Source: Marsupella aquatica (Eukaryota > Plantae > Marchantiophyta). From it: DNA of 64,000 bases. Positions 1-13,014 of this stretch are shown piece by piece. The stretch covers positions 22,209,168 through 22,273,167 of the forward strand of contig OZ316891.1 in assembly GCA_973895155.1 (NCBI GenBank), written 5' to 3'. Both the position numbers and the translations under genes were made by a program. The notes below the pieces were generated by a model that was not told the DNA's origin, ran no database searches, and was given only the letters and a program-made list of their open reading frames with translations. Within the stretch, counting starts at the first letter, position 1. Each line of letters opens with the position of its first letter.

Positions 1-1100
1 TCAAGAGGTTGCATCTTACAAGGAGTATTTGAAAACTTTCCAGGTGAAAGAGATAGAAGGTCACTCAAAACTAGTGGCATTTCTTTTCTCCATGAGGGAT
101 AATGTGCCAATGTATCAATATAAAGCACATGTCAAGCAACCTTGGCTTCCGGCAATGGGGAGGTCCATTTGGAGAACTGATCCAATCACAAATGCGCTCA
201 TTTTACCGGAAGGTCAACCATTTGCAAAACCTATATCTGGGGATGTACAAAAGAAGGCTGGAGAAATCATCCCATTCCTTAATCGCTATATTGATTTCTT
301 GAAGAAAAGTTGTAAGGATGAGACCTCTGCAGCATATAAAGAGAGATTTCCTCTGGTCAAATATTGGGAGAATCTTGTGCAAGCACTGTCCGAGGAACTT
401 ACAATAGAAGGGGAGGGGGAAAGACATTTGCCATTGACAACTGATTTTTGGCCAAAGACTAACCATGGCACAAGTTACAAGATGATTTTGGGGACATCTC
501 AGCCGTCAAGTGAACCTTCTCAAAATCCAGAGATGATGGACCTTCAAAATGAGTACATGGAAGAGATGGAAGATCAAGCTGCACCCTTTGTTGGTGCACG
601 ACAAGAGCGAGAACCTGCACGTTGGATTCCTCTACAAGATATTCAAGAAGGTCACTTTGTATTTTTACGTCCAGAGGATGAATGGGAACAGGAAATGGCA
701 AAGGGCGTTTCTGGTTGGTTCGAGCTTTGGGTGGTGTGGATCCAAACCATGAGGTTCCCTCAACAGATTTGCAACATATTGAAGGGTCTTCTTCAATGTC
801 TGTTGAGAGCATTCCTCTTAGGAATTCTCCTATGTTCCAAGTACAATGGTGGAGCCTAAACATGGTAAGCATGATGCAAAGGATGATGTTCGATATGAAC
901 GTTGCTTTCAAACCACTAAGACTTGGGAGCTGGATCCTGGGTTTGACAATGTTACTCAAAGTTGGCAGTTTGCAAATTCTGCAATGTATGGGTTTAAGTC
1001 AAGTGCTAAAGAACAAAATATTATGGATAGAGGTTTGACAATTCCTAAGAATGTTTTGAAAACTCTCAAAATTTACATGGAAGGTATAATTGATGAGTAG
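1..1100 (+). pseudogene. 3' part of a degenerate DNA-transposon ORF (probable transposase C-terminus), two frameshifts
   Basis: Three overlapping ORFs (29-859, 682-1038, 846-1100) join into one plausible intronless protein: ...GHFVFLRPEDEWEQEMAKG / RFWLVRALG...FQVQWW / EPKHGK...MEGIIDE*, with frame changes near 705 and 855. Followed by AT-rich DNA. Transposase identity is from recalled similarity to bryophyte TE proteins, not a search. Confidence 0.5.
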
Positions 1101-1874
1101 ATTGATAGAACTCGTAGGTTACAAGTCTCCACTCAAATGACTTGTGATTAAGAGGGTCGAGTTGATTTCCATGCGTTGGTCTAAAGTGAGAGAACAAGAC
1201 AATCAAATTAATACTCTATGATCTCTCAAAGCTATTGAATGGACTTTCTTATAATTATTATTTTATTTGTCTTAGTATATTTTAATTCTAGAAAATGATG
1301 CCATTTCATTCCTTCTAGTAGGTTGGATATCATCCTAGTTAACTTTATCTAGACACTATAGTCATTCCATTGTATTGGTGCTTAGTTAGATATCTTACTC
1401 AAGCTAAATGTTTTGAATATAGATGCTATCCAAGCTTATATGTTATTACTAGATTCTATCTATTTTCCAACCAAATGAACACTTTTATCACCCAAATGTT
1501 TTTTAATATCATTCAATTTAATATTTTACTTTCCCAAAATTTCATTTTTTTGTCCCCAAATTTACATTTAATGATGCTTGAATTTTCATTTTTCATCTTC
1601 CAAATTTATAATTTTCATGTCTAAAACTATGTTTTTAAATCGCCAAATTTCCCTATATCCTTTATAATTTCAGTTTTAATGAATATAGTGATTATTGAGC
1701 TAGTAAACAAGAAAGCCAGACACACCTTGCACTACCAGGTTTTTCATTTAAAAAAGGTGCAAAAACCTAAGCTGTTAGGAGAAAGGAGAACGTGCCATCT
1801 TGCGGTTATCCAGATTTTGCACCTATGAAGTGTGCATTTAGAGAGACCCCTCTATAAGTGAGGGCTCTGCCCTT

Positions 1875-1970
1875 GACGGGAAACCCGTGACCTGTGAGAC
1901 GGGAAACCCCGTCGACGCCCTACGGGCCCAGCTTTGATTCGCCCTAATCATTACTCAGAAGCCCACGACT
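1875..1970 (+). promoter_or_regulatory. Candidate RPN2 promoter elements (site II/TGGGC-type motifs)
   Basis: GGCCCA at 1925-1930 and AGCCCA at 1960-1965 (TGGGCY on - strand), typical of plant housekeeping/proteasome promoters; pyrimidine-rich leader follows. Confidence 0.35.
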
Positions 1971-2189
1971 CGTAAACGAGAAAGAGAGAAAAAAGGAAAG
2001 ACGAGAGAACGAACACCTGAAGAGTTGTCGACGTGAATAAGGAGAGGTACGATTCCCTCCCCGCAAGATCGGGGTACAGCACAGAACGAGTACGTATCTC
2101 GTTCTGGCCGGCGCATCCATTACCCCTCTCTCGTTTCTCTCACTCAATCGCCCACACTCTTCGGGAGCTCTCGTTTGATACGTTCCATT

Positions 2190-2420
2190 CGCTCGCACCT
2201 AGGTTTGAGCATTATTTTTTCAATGATTTAAGTCTACAGTCTTATTAGCACTCTGTCTCGCTCAATGCGTTCGCAACTAGGTTTGAGCGTTGTCCGCAAG
2301 CTCCGCTGAAGTAATCTCAGTGCCAGTAACAGTCTGTGTCGGTCCGTTCTCTCGCATCTAGGTTTTGAGCGTTTTGTCGAAGCTCCGCACGGAAATGTTA
2401 GCTTTGCGAACACTCTGTCT
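2190..2420. repeat. Three diverged ~80-bp tandem units upstream of the RPN2 start
   Basis: TCGCA(cc/ac/tc)TAGGTTT(T)GAGC at ~2193, ~2271, ~2353; AAGCTCCGC shared by units 2 and 3. Confidence 0.7.
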
Positions 2421-2718
2421 GTTCATGGGCTTTTTCGAGCCTTCAGTGATTTAAGAATTTGACATCTGAATTGCCGCTGCAATTTCTGCAATGATGGCTA
2501 CTGCAGTTCAGTTTAACGTCTCTGGGGCAATCGGGTCTCTGGGTTCTCGCGGTCGACCAAGCAACTAAGCCACTGAAAAAAACTGAGAATCTGCATAATC
2601 TTGCCCGGTTCTTTCCCCGTCACCTGCGGACGGACGGAAGGACAGACAGCAATTTTGTTCGGGAGAGCCCTCACTTCGCTCGGGGGAACTGCAAGGCGCT
2701 CGTCGTCGTCCGCCCACA

Positions 2719-5700
2719 ATGACGGTCGTCAGCACAGCCAGCGGGCTCCTGGCCATGCTGCGCGAGCAGCATCCCGTGCTGAAGCTGCACGCGCTCAACA
2801 ATCTCAACATCTTCGTCGACCAGTTCTGGCCGGAGGTCTCCACCAACATTTCTGCCATGTACGTACATGTCGCCCTCCTTTCCTTGCGCAAACTGGTTTC
2901 TGATAATTGCTAATGTTTCCTGTGGTTGAAGGCTTGCCGGCCGTTTGACTTCAATCCTCTTCCCCCGCCCCCTTTCCTTCTCCCAGGTCTTTGGGGCATT
3001 CTCAGTGAGCTCGTTTTGCCGTCGGCTGGTGAGGGTTTTGGATATTTAGGTCGCGCATATTGTTCAGTCGATTAGGTCTGGTTGGCTGGTGTTTTTAGGT
3101 CTGGTCTAGTCTGTGCATTTGCATTTTGTTATAGTTCCTGTGAATTACTCAGTCAATTAGGTCTGGTTGGCTCAAGTTTAGTATTTGTTTGCTGTGGCCT
3201 CGTGTGTGATTTTCTCCGGCTGCCGTGGCTTTGGCAGTGAGAGTCTGTACGAAGATGAGACATTCGATCAACGACAATTGGCAGCTCTGGTGGCTTCCAA
3301 GGTGAACGGATTGAGTTTGATGATGTCCTTTTTCGGCATTGCGAGTGTCCGATACTGGTTTTCTTGGTTGGTACAGGGGAGATGATGGATGGGCCAGGGT
3401 TTCATGCTGATTTTCGTCAAGATGAGTGACCTAATGTGGGATTGTAATGCGGTGCAGGTGTTCTATTATCTTGGCGAGCTGAACGACTCCCTAATATATG
3501 CTCTTGGTGCTGGACCGTTGTTCGATGTGACCGACGATTCTGAGTATGTCCAGACTCTCGTTGGTGAGTGGAAAACTAAATTCACTTCCTGGGTCTGTAC
3601 TTCGTGTATTCCCGAGTGATTTGATACATTCGTTTGTACGACTTGATGACAGATCTAAAATGCAGGCTAAAAATTCTTTTGAATCAATGGATTGGTGTAC
3701 AGGTGTCTAGTCTAGGAGCAGGATATTGATGGAATTTGCGAATTTAGCTGTGTTTTTATGTACTTTGGTGTCCTGAATCTTATTTTGATTGCTCACGGGT
3801 CTTGCATCTTGAATTACAGCGAAATGCATCGATGAGTATATCCGTTTGAGCGTTAAAGCTTCAGAAACCATTGAAGACTCTCCACCTTTGGACCCACGAC
3901 TGCTTGACATTGTTGAGCGGATGCTTGACAAGTGAGTTTTCTCCTTGCTACTGCTCTACATGCATTCGAGGTTTGCTTGAAAGTCCTTTGCGTGTGTTTG
4001 TCGAAGTAAGAGATCTTGCACTTAGTTTTCAACTGGCGTGTCTTGCGCAGATGCATGGCAGATAGCAAGTATCAGCAGGCAGTCGGGATTGCTCTCGAGT
4101 GTCGAAGATTGGACAAACTGGAAGAAGCTATTACAAAGAGTGAAAATGTCTCTTCGTTGCTAGCTTATACATTACGTCTGTCACAGACATTTGTGACCAA
4201 AAGGGAATTTCGTCATGCGGTAACTCATTCCTCAATGAAACGTTATGACTTGTTCTATTAGAAAAAGCTTTGTGAGATTTGTTTTTGAACCTTAACTTAC
4301 GAATTTCGCTGCAGATACGATTGAGCAAGTTTGGCTCGAAAATTTCCTAATGCTTACTTCATATGTCCAGGTCCTGCGCTGTCTGGTTAAGATCTATCAG
4401 AGTCAGCCCAACCCTGATTATTTGAGTATCTGCCAATGTTTGATGTTTCTCGATGATTCAAGCACTGTTGCCACCATTCTCGATAATCTGCTGAAGGGAG
4501 ACAAGGTAAGTCTCGGGCTGCTTGTTTTTGGTTTTCTATACGTGTAGCTCGGCTCCGGTGTTGTGAACATTATTACTGTGTCTGACTTCTAAGATGCTGT
4601 CTTTGGTTAACAGGTCGATGCGTTATCGGCTTATCAAGTTACTTTTGATCTGTTTGAGAACGAGTATCAACTTTTCTTGCACAACGTGAGAGACCGCCTC
4701 CCTGAAGCTCCAGTCACGAGCAATGTCGAGGAGGCTGATGCGAGTGGTGAAGCCACGCCTGCCCCGGCCCCAGCACCGCCGCCTCCAGCTGAGGCCGAAG
4801 GTGCTACTGCAGAAATTGGACCTACTGCCATGGACACGTCAGAGGGTTCTGCTCCTGGGCCTTCTGAGACTAGTGCACCTCAGGAAGCTCAAGAAATGAA
4901 TGTAGCTGCAGAGGAACCTGTAGTATCTGAAGAACAGACAATATATGCTCAAAGATTGGCAAGGCTGAAAGGAATCTTGTCAGGAGAGACTCCTATAAAT
5001 TTGACTTTACAATTTCTATACAGCAACAATAGGTAAGTCTGATACCACTTTCATTTGGGGACGTTGTCGAGGCTAAGCCTTGCAGATACTCGTGTTGATT
5101 TCATAGAGTGGAGCTTGACCTTGAAAGTGGCTAGCGTTAACAAAGTAGAGTTATTTAAAGCACTGAACCTTATATACTTAGACTTCTGTGAGGTACCTTT
5201 CTCAGGCTTCTGTTGTGAATTATATGCGCTGGATCGGCTTACCGTTCATTCAAAGTCCTTCAATTTGGCTTCATTGTGATTCTGCAGAGCAGGTTGTGGA
5301 TGACTTATTCATTGTAGAACTAACGTTGTGACTTTTTTTCGGCCGAGCAGATCAGATCTTCTTATTTTGAAGACCATAAAACAGACAATAGAAATGCGCA
5401 ACAGTGTTTGTCATAGTGCGACTATCTACTCGAATGCCCTAATGCATGCGGGAACAACTGTAGACACTTTTCTTCGGGATAATCTTGTACGTTCAATTGT
5501 TTTTCTGATTTTTTTTGTTTTCCTTTGTCAGAAACAAGGGATTTACCGTACCAGTGTTATCTATGTTTCCTTTTCTCACAACCCAAGTGAGAGAAGGAGA
5601 CCTACGCGGCTAAGTTTCTTGATTCTTTCGTTTTGATGGCATAAATTTACGGCCTGCAGGATTGGCTCAGCCGAGCTACGAACTGGGCAAAGTTTAGTGC

Positions 5701-8700
5701 TACCGCAGGTTTGGGAGTAATCCATCGAGGTCATCTTCGGCAGGGGCGGTCTTTGATGGCCCCTTATTTGCCTCAAAATGGAACTGGCGGGGCCAGTCCA
5801 TATTCAGAAGGAGGGGCACTGTATGCTTTGGGGCTTATTCATGCGAATCACGGAGAAGGGATCAAGGGTTTCCTTCTCGACAGTTTAAGGAACACCAACA
5901 ATGAGGTCGGTCAACATCTGTTGGCTGGTTATAGAATCTCTTTTTCAGGGAGGTTTTTACCCTTTGATAAACCCTCCAGCGTGTCATCTGGCCTGAATAT
6001 ATTGCTCTCTAAAGTAAAGGGTTGATGTTCTCAATTGCAGGTTATCCAGCACGGCGCCTGTCTAGGGTTAGGTCTGGCAGCCCTTGGAACAGCCGATGAA
6101 GAAATCTACGAGGACGTGAAGAGCGTTCTCTACACTGATAGTGCAGTTGCTGGAGAGGCAGCTGGAATCTCTATGGGACTCCTCATGGTTGGAACTGCTA
6201 GTGATAAAGCCCACGAAATGTTAGCATATGCGCATGACACTCAACATGAAAAGATTATAAGGTGCCAAACATTGACATTAACCAACCCCTTCCAATGGAC
6301 ATTATTTTTCAGAATTTGTGGACGGTAGCAATTAGTCGCTTTTATGGGCTTTCCTATTTCTTAAGTATGGTTGGGATCTTATTTGAACTGAAATAAAGTC
6401 CACGAATGCCAGGACCTTACTGACGGAGGTTTGTATTATCAGGGGCTTGGCGCTTGGTATTGCTCTGGTTGTTTATGGGCAGGAAGAGGAAGCGGACACT
6501 CTCATAGAACAAATGACAAGAGACCAAGATCCCATTCTTCGCTATGGTGGCATGTATGCTTTGGCTTTAGCCTACAGGGGTACTGCAAACAACAGTGCCA
6601 TTCGACGCCTACTGCACTTTGCCGTATCAGATGTAAGCGATGATGTCAGGAGGACTGCAGTGCTTGCCCTTGGATTTGTTCTTTGCTCTGAACCTGAACA
6701 GGTACGTCTCGAACTGTTAAACACGCAACATCTTGCCTGTCTTCTTTTTAGTGTTAACTTCTCGTGAAAAGCTTGTGTCCTTTGTTGCTGGTGTACTCGA
6801 TTGGGAAACTGTCGTTGCTTGAGTTTCGTTCACCTGAGCCTCTTTGGCAAACTCGTTTGGAGTATTGCCCTGTTTTGCAACCATATTAGTCCTGTTTAGA
6901 ATCTGTGAAGCAGGCTCAGCAGGTTTGGTCACCTTTACCTTGTCCTGGTGACAAATGGATTCTAGCCTTCGATATATGTTCGGTATTAAGTTTTGGACTG
7001 TCGACCTATGTTATTCAGACACCTCGAATCGTCTCTCTGTTGTCGGAGTCATACAATGCGCATGTGAGGTATGGTGCTGCTATGGCAGTGGGCATTTCCT
7101 GTGCCGGATCAGCTTCGAGTGAAGCCATTTCCTTGCTGGAGCCGTTGACATCAGACGCAGTGGACTTTGTAAGGCAGGGGGCCCTCATTGCGATGGCTAT
7201 GGTTCTAATGCAGACCACCGAGGCCCGAGATCCTCATGTTGGCAACTTCAGGTCTAAAATCAACCTCAGTCATGTGTATTACTGTTCGTCAGCTTGTTTT
7301 TAAGTAGACTGCACTGGAATATGCCGTTACTAATTTAATTTTAAGGCCTGCATTGTATCCGTGAAGACATTTGTGCAAGTCGAAGTTACTGACTCGGTTC
7401 CTGTGTCATGGATAGGCGGCAGTTGGAGAAAATAATTCTGGACAAGCACGAAGATACGATGAGTAAAATGGGTGCAATTCTTGCGCAAGGCATTCTCGAT
7501 GCTGGTGGCAGGAATGTCAGTATAATGCTTCAGTCAAGATCAGGTCATGATCGTATGACTGCTGTAGTCGGCATGGCAGTCTTTAGCCAGTTTTGGTACT
7601 GGTATCCTCTTCTCTATTTCATTAGTCTTTCGTTTGCGCCTACAGCATTTATCGGGCTAAATGACGAGTTGAGAATGCCAAAGTTTGAGTTTATTTCAGA
7701 CATCCGGCCCTCAGTTTTTGGCTATCCTCCTTCTGTAGCACCTCCCACGGCAGCGTCAGCTGTGAAGTTCCCAACTGCTGTTCTATCTACCTCTGCTCGG
7801 GCAAAAGCTAGAGCAAAGAAGGACTCAGCAGGAAAAGGTTTAGAAGGAATCTCTGCTGCTGGTGGTCTTGTGGACCCAGTTGGAGGGGGATCAGGTGGAA
7901 TTGAGTTAACATCTCCCTTGAAGGACGAAAGCGCTATGGAGGTACGATTACTTCGCAGAGACTGTTCTCCGCTGATTGATTGTTTTCTGACATTTTGATA
8001 TGTAGAAGATATAATAACATGGACTCGAATGTGTATATATAAAGGACATGTGAATGGCAGGGGAAACTGTGTTATCCATGAACACACACGTAAAGGCATA
8101 GATTAGTAACAGTTTAGAAGCTGCCGAAGGTGAAAGCCGAAGTCGAAATAAATGCAGCACACTCGAAGAATACTGAAAAAGCCAGAAAATGACCCTCTTT
8201 TCTGATTCTAAGGGCATAGAAATAGCAGCTTTGGTAGAAACCTGCTTCAATTCTGACGAAAACATTGTGTGGAGCTTTATGACGTGTTGATTTGTCTACG
8301 CTCTTTTAGTCTTATATCCCTCAATTTGAAAAGAATTGTTGATTATATCTTCCATCATACGCGAAGTGCTAACAACACATGAATGTGGTGCTATATGAAA
8401 GTACATCAGCTATTTTTGCTGTTAAGATGAGATAGTTTTCTGTTGAGTATGCAATATTGATCAGTCAAATGCTGTTATGTGTTTTTAGGTGGAGACAAGT
8501 CAGGAGAAGAAGACAGGGGCTTCCGAACCGACTTCAGAGGTTTTAAGCAATCCAGCCCGAGTTGTGCCCGCACAAGAGAAATATATCAAGTTCCGAGAAG
8601 ACAGTCGTTATTTGCCAGTAAAGCGGTCGAGACCTTCAGGATTTGTTCTCTTGAAAGATCTAGAACCTTCTGAGCCGGTGGAGTTGGTGTCTACTGATGC

Positions 8701-8827
8701 GCCCATGACAGCAACAGTCAACGGTAACGCTGCTGGTCCAGCACCAGGTGCCAATGCTCCTCCTGCAGCCTTGGGGGTTGAAGAGTGGGATCCACCACCA
8801 CCGGAATCATTTGAATACGTTCCATAG
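2719..8827 (+). CDS. RPN2: 26S proteasome non-ATPase regulatory subunit 1 (RPN2/PSMD1), 14 coding exons
   Basis: GT-AG exons: 2719-2858, 3238-3301, 3458-3563, 3820-3931, 4051-4219, 4371-4505, 4614-5032, 5351-5486, 5660-5905, 6041-6261, 6443-6701, 7019-7251, 7416-7941, 8489-8827. RPN2 motifs: [41 protein letters not shown] repeats ([25 protein letters not shown]), [36 protein letters not shown]-terminal PPPESFEY. Confidence 0.97.
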
Positions 8828-9819
8828 ATACGAAATCAGCATAGAATCCTTCTGTAGATTTATCCTTTGTAGGAGCCAAATGGACAATCCACAGAAAGAA
8901 ATCCCAACACAGTTGGTTGTGAAGGTCATTGATGTTTAATTTTATTCACAACGTGGTTATTACTGATCTACAGGGCTGGTACTGATTGTGATTGGCCTGT
9001 GTCTTGTTGTCATTGTGTAACATTCATTTGTCCCATTGAAAGCTATCTTCAATTTCATGGGGCCAATCTGTAAAGAAAGTATTGTGCATGGAGAGCAAAT
9101 TGCAAAATGTTCCCAAGTCTTTAGTCGTTCTCATTGTGTGATGTGAATTGCGATTCGTCTTTGTCAAGTCTACCATCAAAGTCGATGGTTTCCCTTGGCG
9201 TGGAAGCACAACTTATGCTTCAACGGGGCAGGAGAAACTTACAAGTCAACCGCTTTTCGCACAACTTAAGTGGGTTGAGCGAAAACAGATCCGACCACAA
9301 GCAGTTAACTGGTTCAAAACAAAGTCAAGGTTTCCATCCACATTCAAAGAAATTTGAGGTCAATATGTAGAATTAATGGTTCTGATACAGTACTTCTTAA
9401 CAAACATGAACGGGTTCTGTATTGAAGCTTCACCCTGGTCTGCAGTGATTGTCGATCAAATAAGAAACCAGGTCCGTCACCACCACTCTTTGGTGGTGTG
9501 AAGGCTGTCTGCAAAAAGTTTTATGTGGTCACATCAAGAGTTTGCAATTAGTGTACAAATACCCTTGGTCTCCATATATTTCGGTTGCCCAAAATACCTT
9601 ACCACAGTTACCCATCTTCGTATACTAATCCTGGCTTACCGTACCACAGCTAGCTTATCCTATCTTCTTATGTCAACTCTGGATTGTGAGGTAATACTAT
9701 TTGGTATTGTTTTGTCATCAAAGACACCTCATTTTCCTGCATCAACTCTGGATTGTGAGGCCCAGGACATCATTTTGTGCTATCAATCCAAGCACAATGT
9801 GTAGGGTAACCCATCCCCA

Positions 9820-9908
9820 AGAGGTAGTTATCCCCAAGGGCGCTGAGCTTAGGGGGTTACCATTATCCCCAAGGGTGCTGAGCTTAGGGGGTTACCATTA
9901 TCCCCAAG
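9820..9908. repeat. 35-bp tandem repeat, ~2.3 copies
   Basis: ATCCCCAAGGGYGCTGAGCTTAGGGGGTTACCATT twice, with partial ATCCCCAAG copies on both sides. Confidence 0.85.
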
Positions 9909-10233
9909 TGGGGATGAGTTACTGAGTGCAATGCCTGAATGAATTTTTACATAGCATTTAGTTCAGTTTTACATAGGGAAAGTCTGATCCGTCATTGTCC
10001 GCCACTTGCATTTTATTCTATTTCTCATTCAAATTTCATAATCCTTAGCCAGGCTGGCACAGGGGTTCCGTGGCCTCACCTGGTGGCAAGGCCTCATAAC
10101 CTTGTACACACATACAAAGGAAAACTTATGAAGGGTTTATGGAAATATGATAACTTACCAATAAGACACTCATAGAATGTTAAATAAACAAAATCAACAG
10201 TTATTTCTGGACCAAACTTGAACATTCTAGTAC

Positions 10234-10363
10234 AGCATGGGACCAAGAGTATTTGTACACTAATTAAAAGCATGGGACCAAGAATATTTGTACACTAATT
10301 AAAAGTGGTCCCAAACCATATTCATTCATGTAGGGGGAGTTCAGGGTTTGGGACCACTTTTAA
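10234..10363. repeat. ~36-bp tandem duplication abutting a 19-bp perfect inverted repeat
   Basis: AGCATGGGACCAAGA..TATTTGTACACTAATTAAA x2, then TTAAAAGTGGTCCCAAACC (10299-10317) / GGTTTGGGACCACTTTTAA (10345-10363). Confidence 0.8.
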
Positions 10364-11568
10364 CAGTCATGCTCAGTGGCCTTGTTTTGTGGCAAACTTG
10401 CTTGCTGTGTGCACCTTATAATTACACACTTTCACCTCAAGAATCATCTGACTAATCTAAAGCTGTCGGAAAACTCATGACCTGAAGAAGATCTCAATGC
10501 AGGAAATGACTTGCCATTATACCTCCTGCTCAGATTTATGAATAAAATTTTGATTGATGTTTAAGTACAGAAAATAAAGTCAAGTTGGATCGCTGTGAAG
10601 CCAAGTTGGATTGAGGGGTTTGCTTTGAAGCCCAGATGGATTTTCAAAGCTCAGATGGACTGGTGCAAAAAAGTCAAAGGCTCAGGTGTTACAATTGTGA
10701 CACCTGTAAATAAACTCGTGATCATTAGCAACCAGTTTCTATTAGGTAATCCCGTGGTAGCTTGTTGCTTCTGCCTGAAACTTCTCATGTGTCAGGCTTT
10801 ACAAAAGTGAGGCATCTAGTGGAAGTTTGTTTAGGGTTTAGGGTAATCAGAAATGGAACAAATGATCTCAGAAAAATCTCAAATTTTGTGAGATCATGGA
10901 TTGGACATCAAAGAACACGGTGGAAAATTTTGAGACTATATAGAGATCCAAAAGTTGTTCAAATAAAAGCAAAAGTCCGCCAAAATCAACAGTTTATGGT
11001 TGGTTGGGGTACCTGGAAAAACTACTCGGGGAGTCCTCAAAAGTGAAGCATCCTTCCAAAAGTAGACGGACACCTTTTCTTTCTAGTGTAAACCGGCTGG
11101 TGACGTTATGCAGTCCAAGTGGGCAAAACAAACCTCTTGGTCCATTCAAGCTTTATATTTTTAAATAGATGGATCCAAAACAACTAGCTTTTATACAAAG
11201 GAAAGGTGCCATCACATTAGCAGTCAGTGTTTCTGGGAGTCCATATATATGAGTTTCTGTGGTCTATCTAAGTTTCTTGTCAAACATGGTGATCCATGGG
11301 AGTTTTTCATGCTTAAAAGAAATGGAAAGCCAATGCAAAATACCAAGACATTAAAAGATGGGTTCACTATAAATCATATCATCTTCATTGTACCAAGTAA
11401 ACTTGGAAAATCCCAATAGACATGAAGGTTAGTTCTAGAGAGGGATGGACACAATCAAAAAGTATAGTGTAACAAAAGTGGAGCCATTTCAATGCTCTGA
11501 AAAAGTAGAAACAATGTTCTGGGTACATTTGCTGTTTGGATTCTCTTCATTGGGGTCTGTGAATCTGT

Positions 11569-13014
11569 GAGGTATATGCTTAATCAACCCCCTTTGGACT
11601 GTTTCCTGCTTAATCAACCCTCTATGTTCAAATCTGCCCCAATTGACCCCCAAAAGTATGTTTGTTACCCAATCAACCCCCTTGATAGTTTATGGTTAAA
11701 GACATGCCGTGTATTGCAATTGCAGTCTACCTGAACCCGTCCGTGGGTGCAAGCGACTTGACCAAATCGTCAAATGCTTCATTTAGGGTCGGCCGCACCG
11801 CGACGGCGACGATCAGGGATTTCAGAAATAATGTGAAGACAATACGTGTTATGTATTCAAATGTTCATTATTGAACTGTCCTGACATAACTTGGTCCAAA
11901 TGTTCATTGTTTCACATTTTGTCATGATGACTTCTGTTGGTCATGAGGTTTGGGGAAATCTATTGTACTGGGGTTATTGGGAAGCTCAGTCTCTTTTTGT
12001 TAGAGTTTGCATGCAATCTAGATGACATTGTAGTGGTGTGAGGTACACTTAGGGATATCAAATTGGAGATTTTGATGTCATTGTGCATCTTTGGCATAGA
12101 GGGGATCTATTTGAAGTGGACATTCTTTAATGTGACATTTTATCACTACAAGATAGAGCGTGCCCAAAAACAAGACGCAATTGCACATGGGTTTAGGATG
12201 TGGCCCGGATAACTGATGGGAAAGCCTATAAGAAAGTGTGTAAGAATTTGATGTTGTCATCAATTGTTGTTGATATGTTTGTTCTAGTGAATACACTTTG
12301 TTGAGAGTACATAATGCAAAGTGTCTTAGTTCAATTGCTCGTAATGGAAGCCAAGGCAACTCAAATTCAAAACGGCAAACACTTCAAGGATTGTGGAGAA
12401 TTTTACAAGTGCTTGGATTCTTGGCTGTCATAATGGTCTTGCGATATAAAGATTGGAAACATTTTGAGAACATTTAATAATTTCTGAACGAAAGTGTGCC
12501 GATTTAGCAAATTAATCGGTGTCAAAGAGATCCAGCAAAGCATTTTCTGTGAGTGAGATAAAACAAAGAGTTTGTCTCTAATGGAATGTCTGATAAAGAT
12601 TCTCAACAAAGCAACTATATATGAACATTATGAAGATAGCAGCCCAGTTTTATTACCTCTAAACTTCAGACAAATGGAGACCCCGCTGGAGACCCCTAAA
12701 TGTTTGAAGACCATACTAGTTTTGTCTTCAAACACAAAAGTATCCACGACTGCGTCCGGTGTCATTTGATCTTATCACACGTGGATTGTGGGCCGACTCT
12801 TATCTCGACATAATTGCAGCATATATACCACGGACGAGACCGCGGGCTCATATGATAGAAAATTAGAGTTCACCTTGGTAAAGTCTCCCTACACTGCTCT
12901 TCCCAAGAACTATACCTAAGAAATTGTCAGAGGGGGTTGACTGGGGCAAATCTGAACATAGGGGGTTGATTAAGTAAGAAACAGTTTAGAGGGGGTCGAT
13001 TAAGCATATACCTC
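11569..13014. mobile_element. Non-autonomous Mutator-like (MULE) DNA transposon, 1446 bp
   Basis: ~85-bp imperfect TIRs (GAGGTATATGCTTAATCAACCCCC... / ...GGGGGTCGATTAAGCATATACCTC) flanked by a 10-bp TSD GTGAATCTGT (11559-11568) / GTGAATCCGT (13015-13024, one mismatch). Long G-starting TIRs with a 9-11 bp TSD are characteristic of MULEs. No intact internal ORF. Confidence 0.88.

Noticed and set aside
4677-4940. Pro/Ala/Glu-rich insert in RPN2 exon 7
   Set aside because: Corresponds to the known variable disordered linker of RPN2/PSMD1; not novel.
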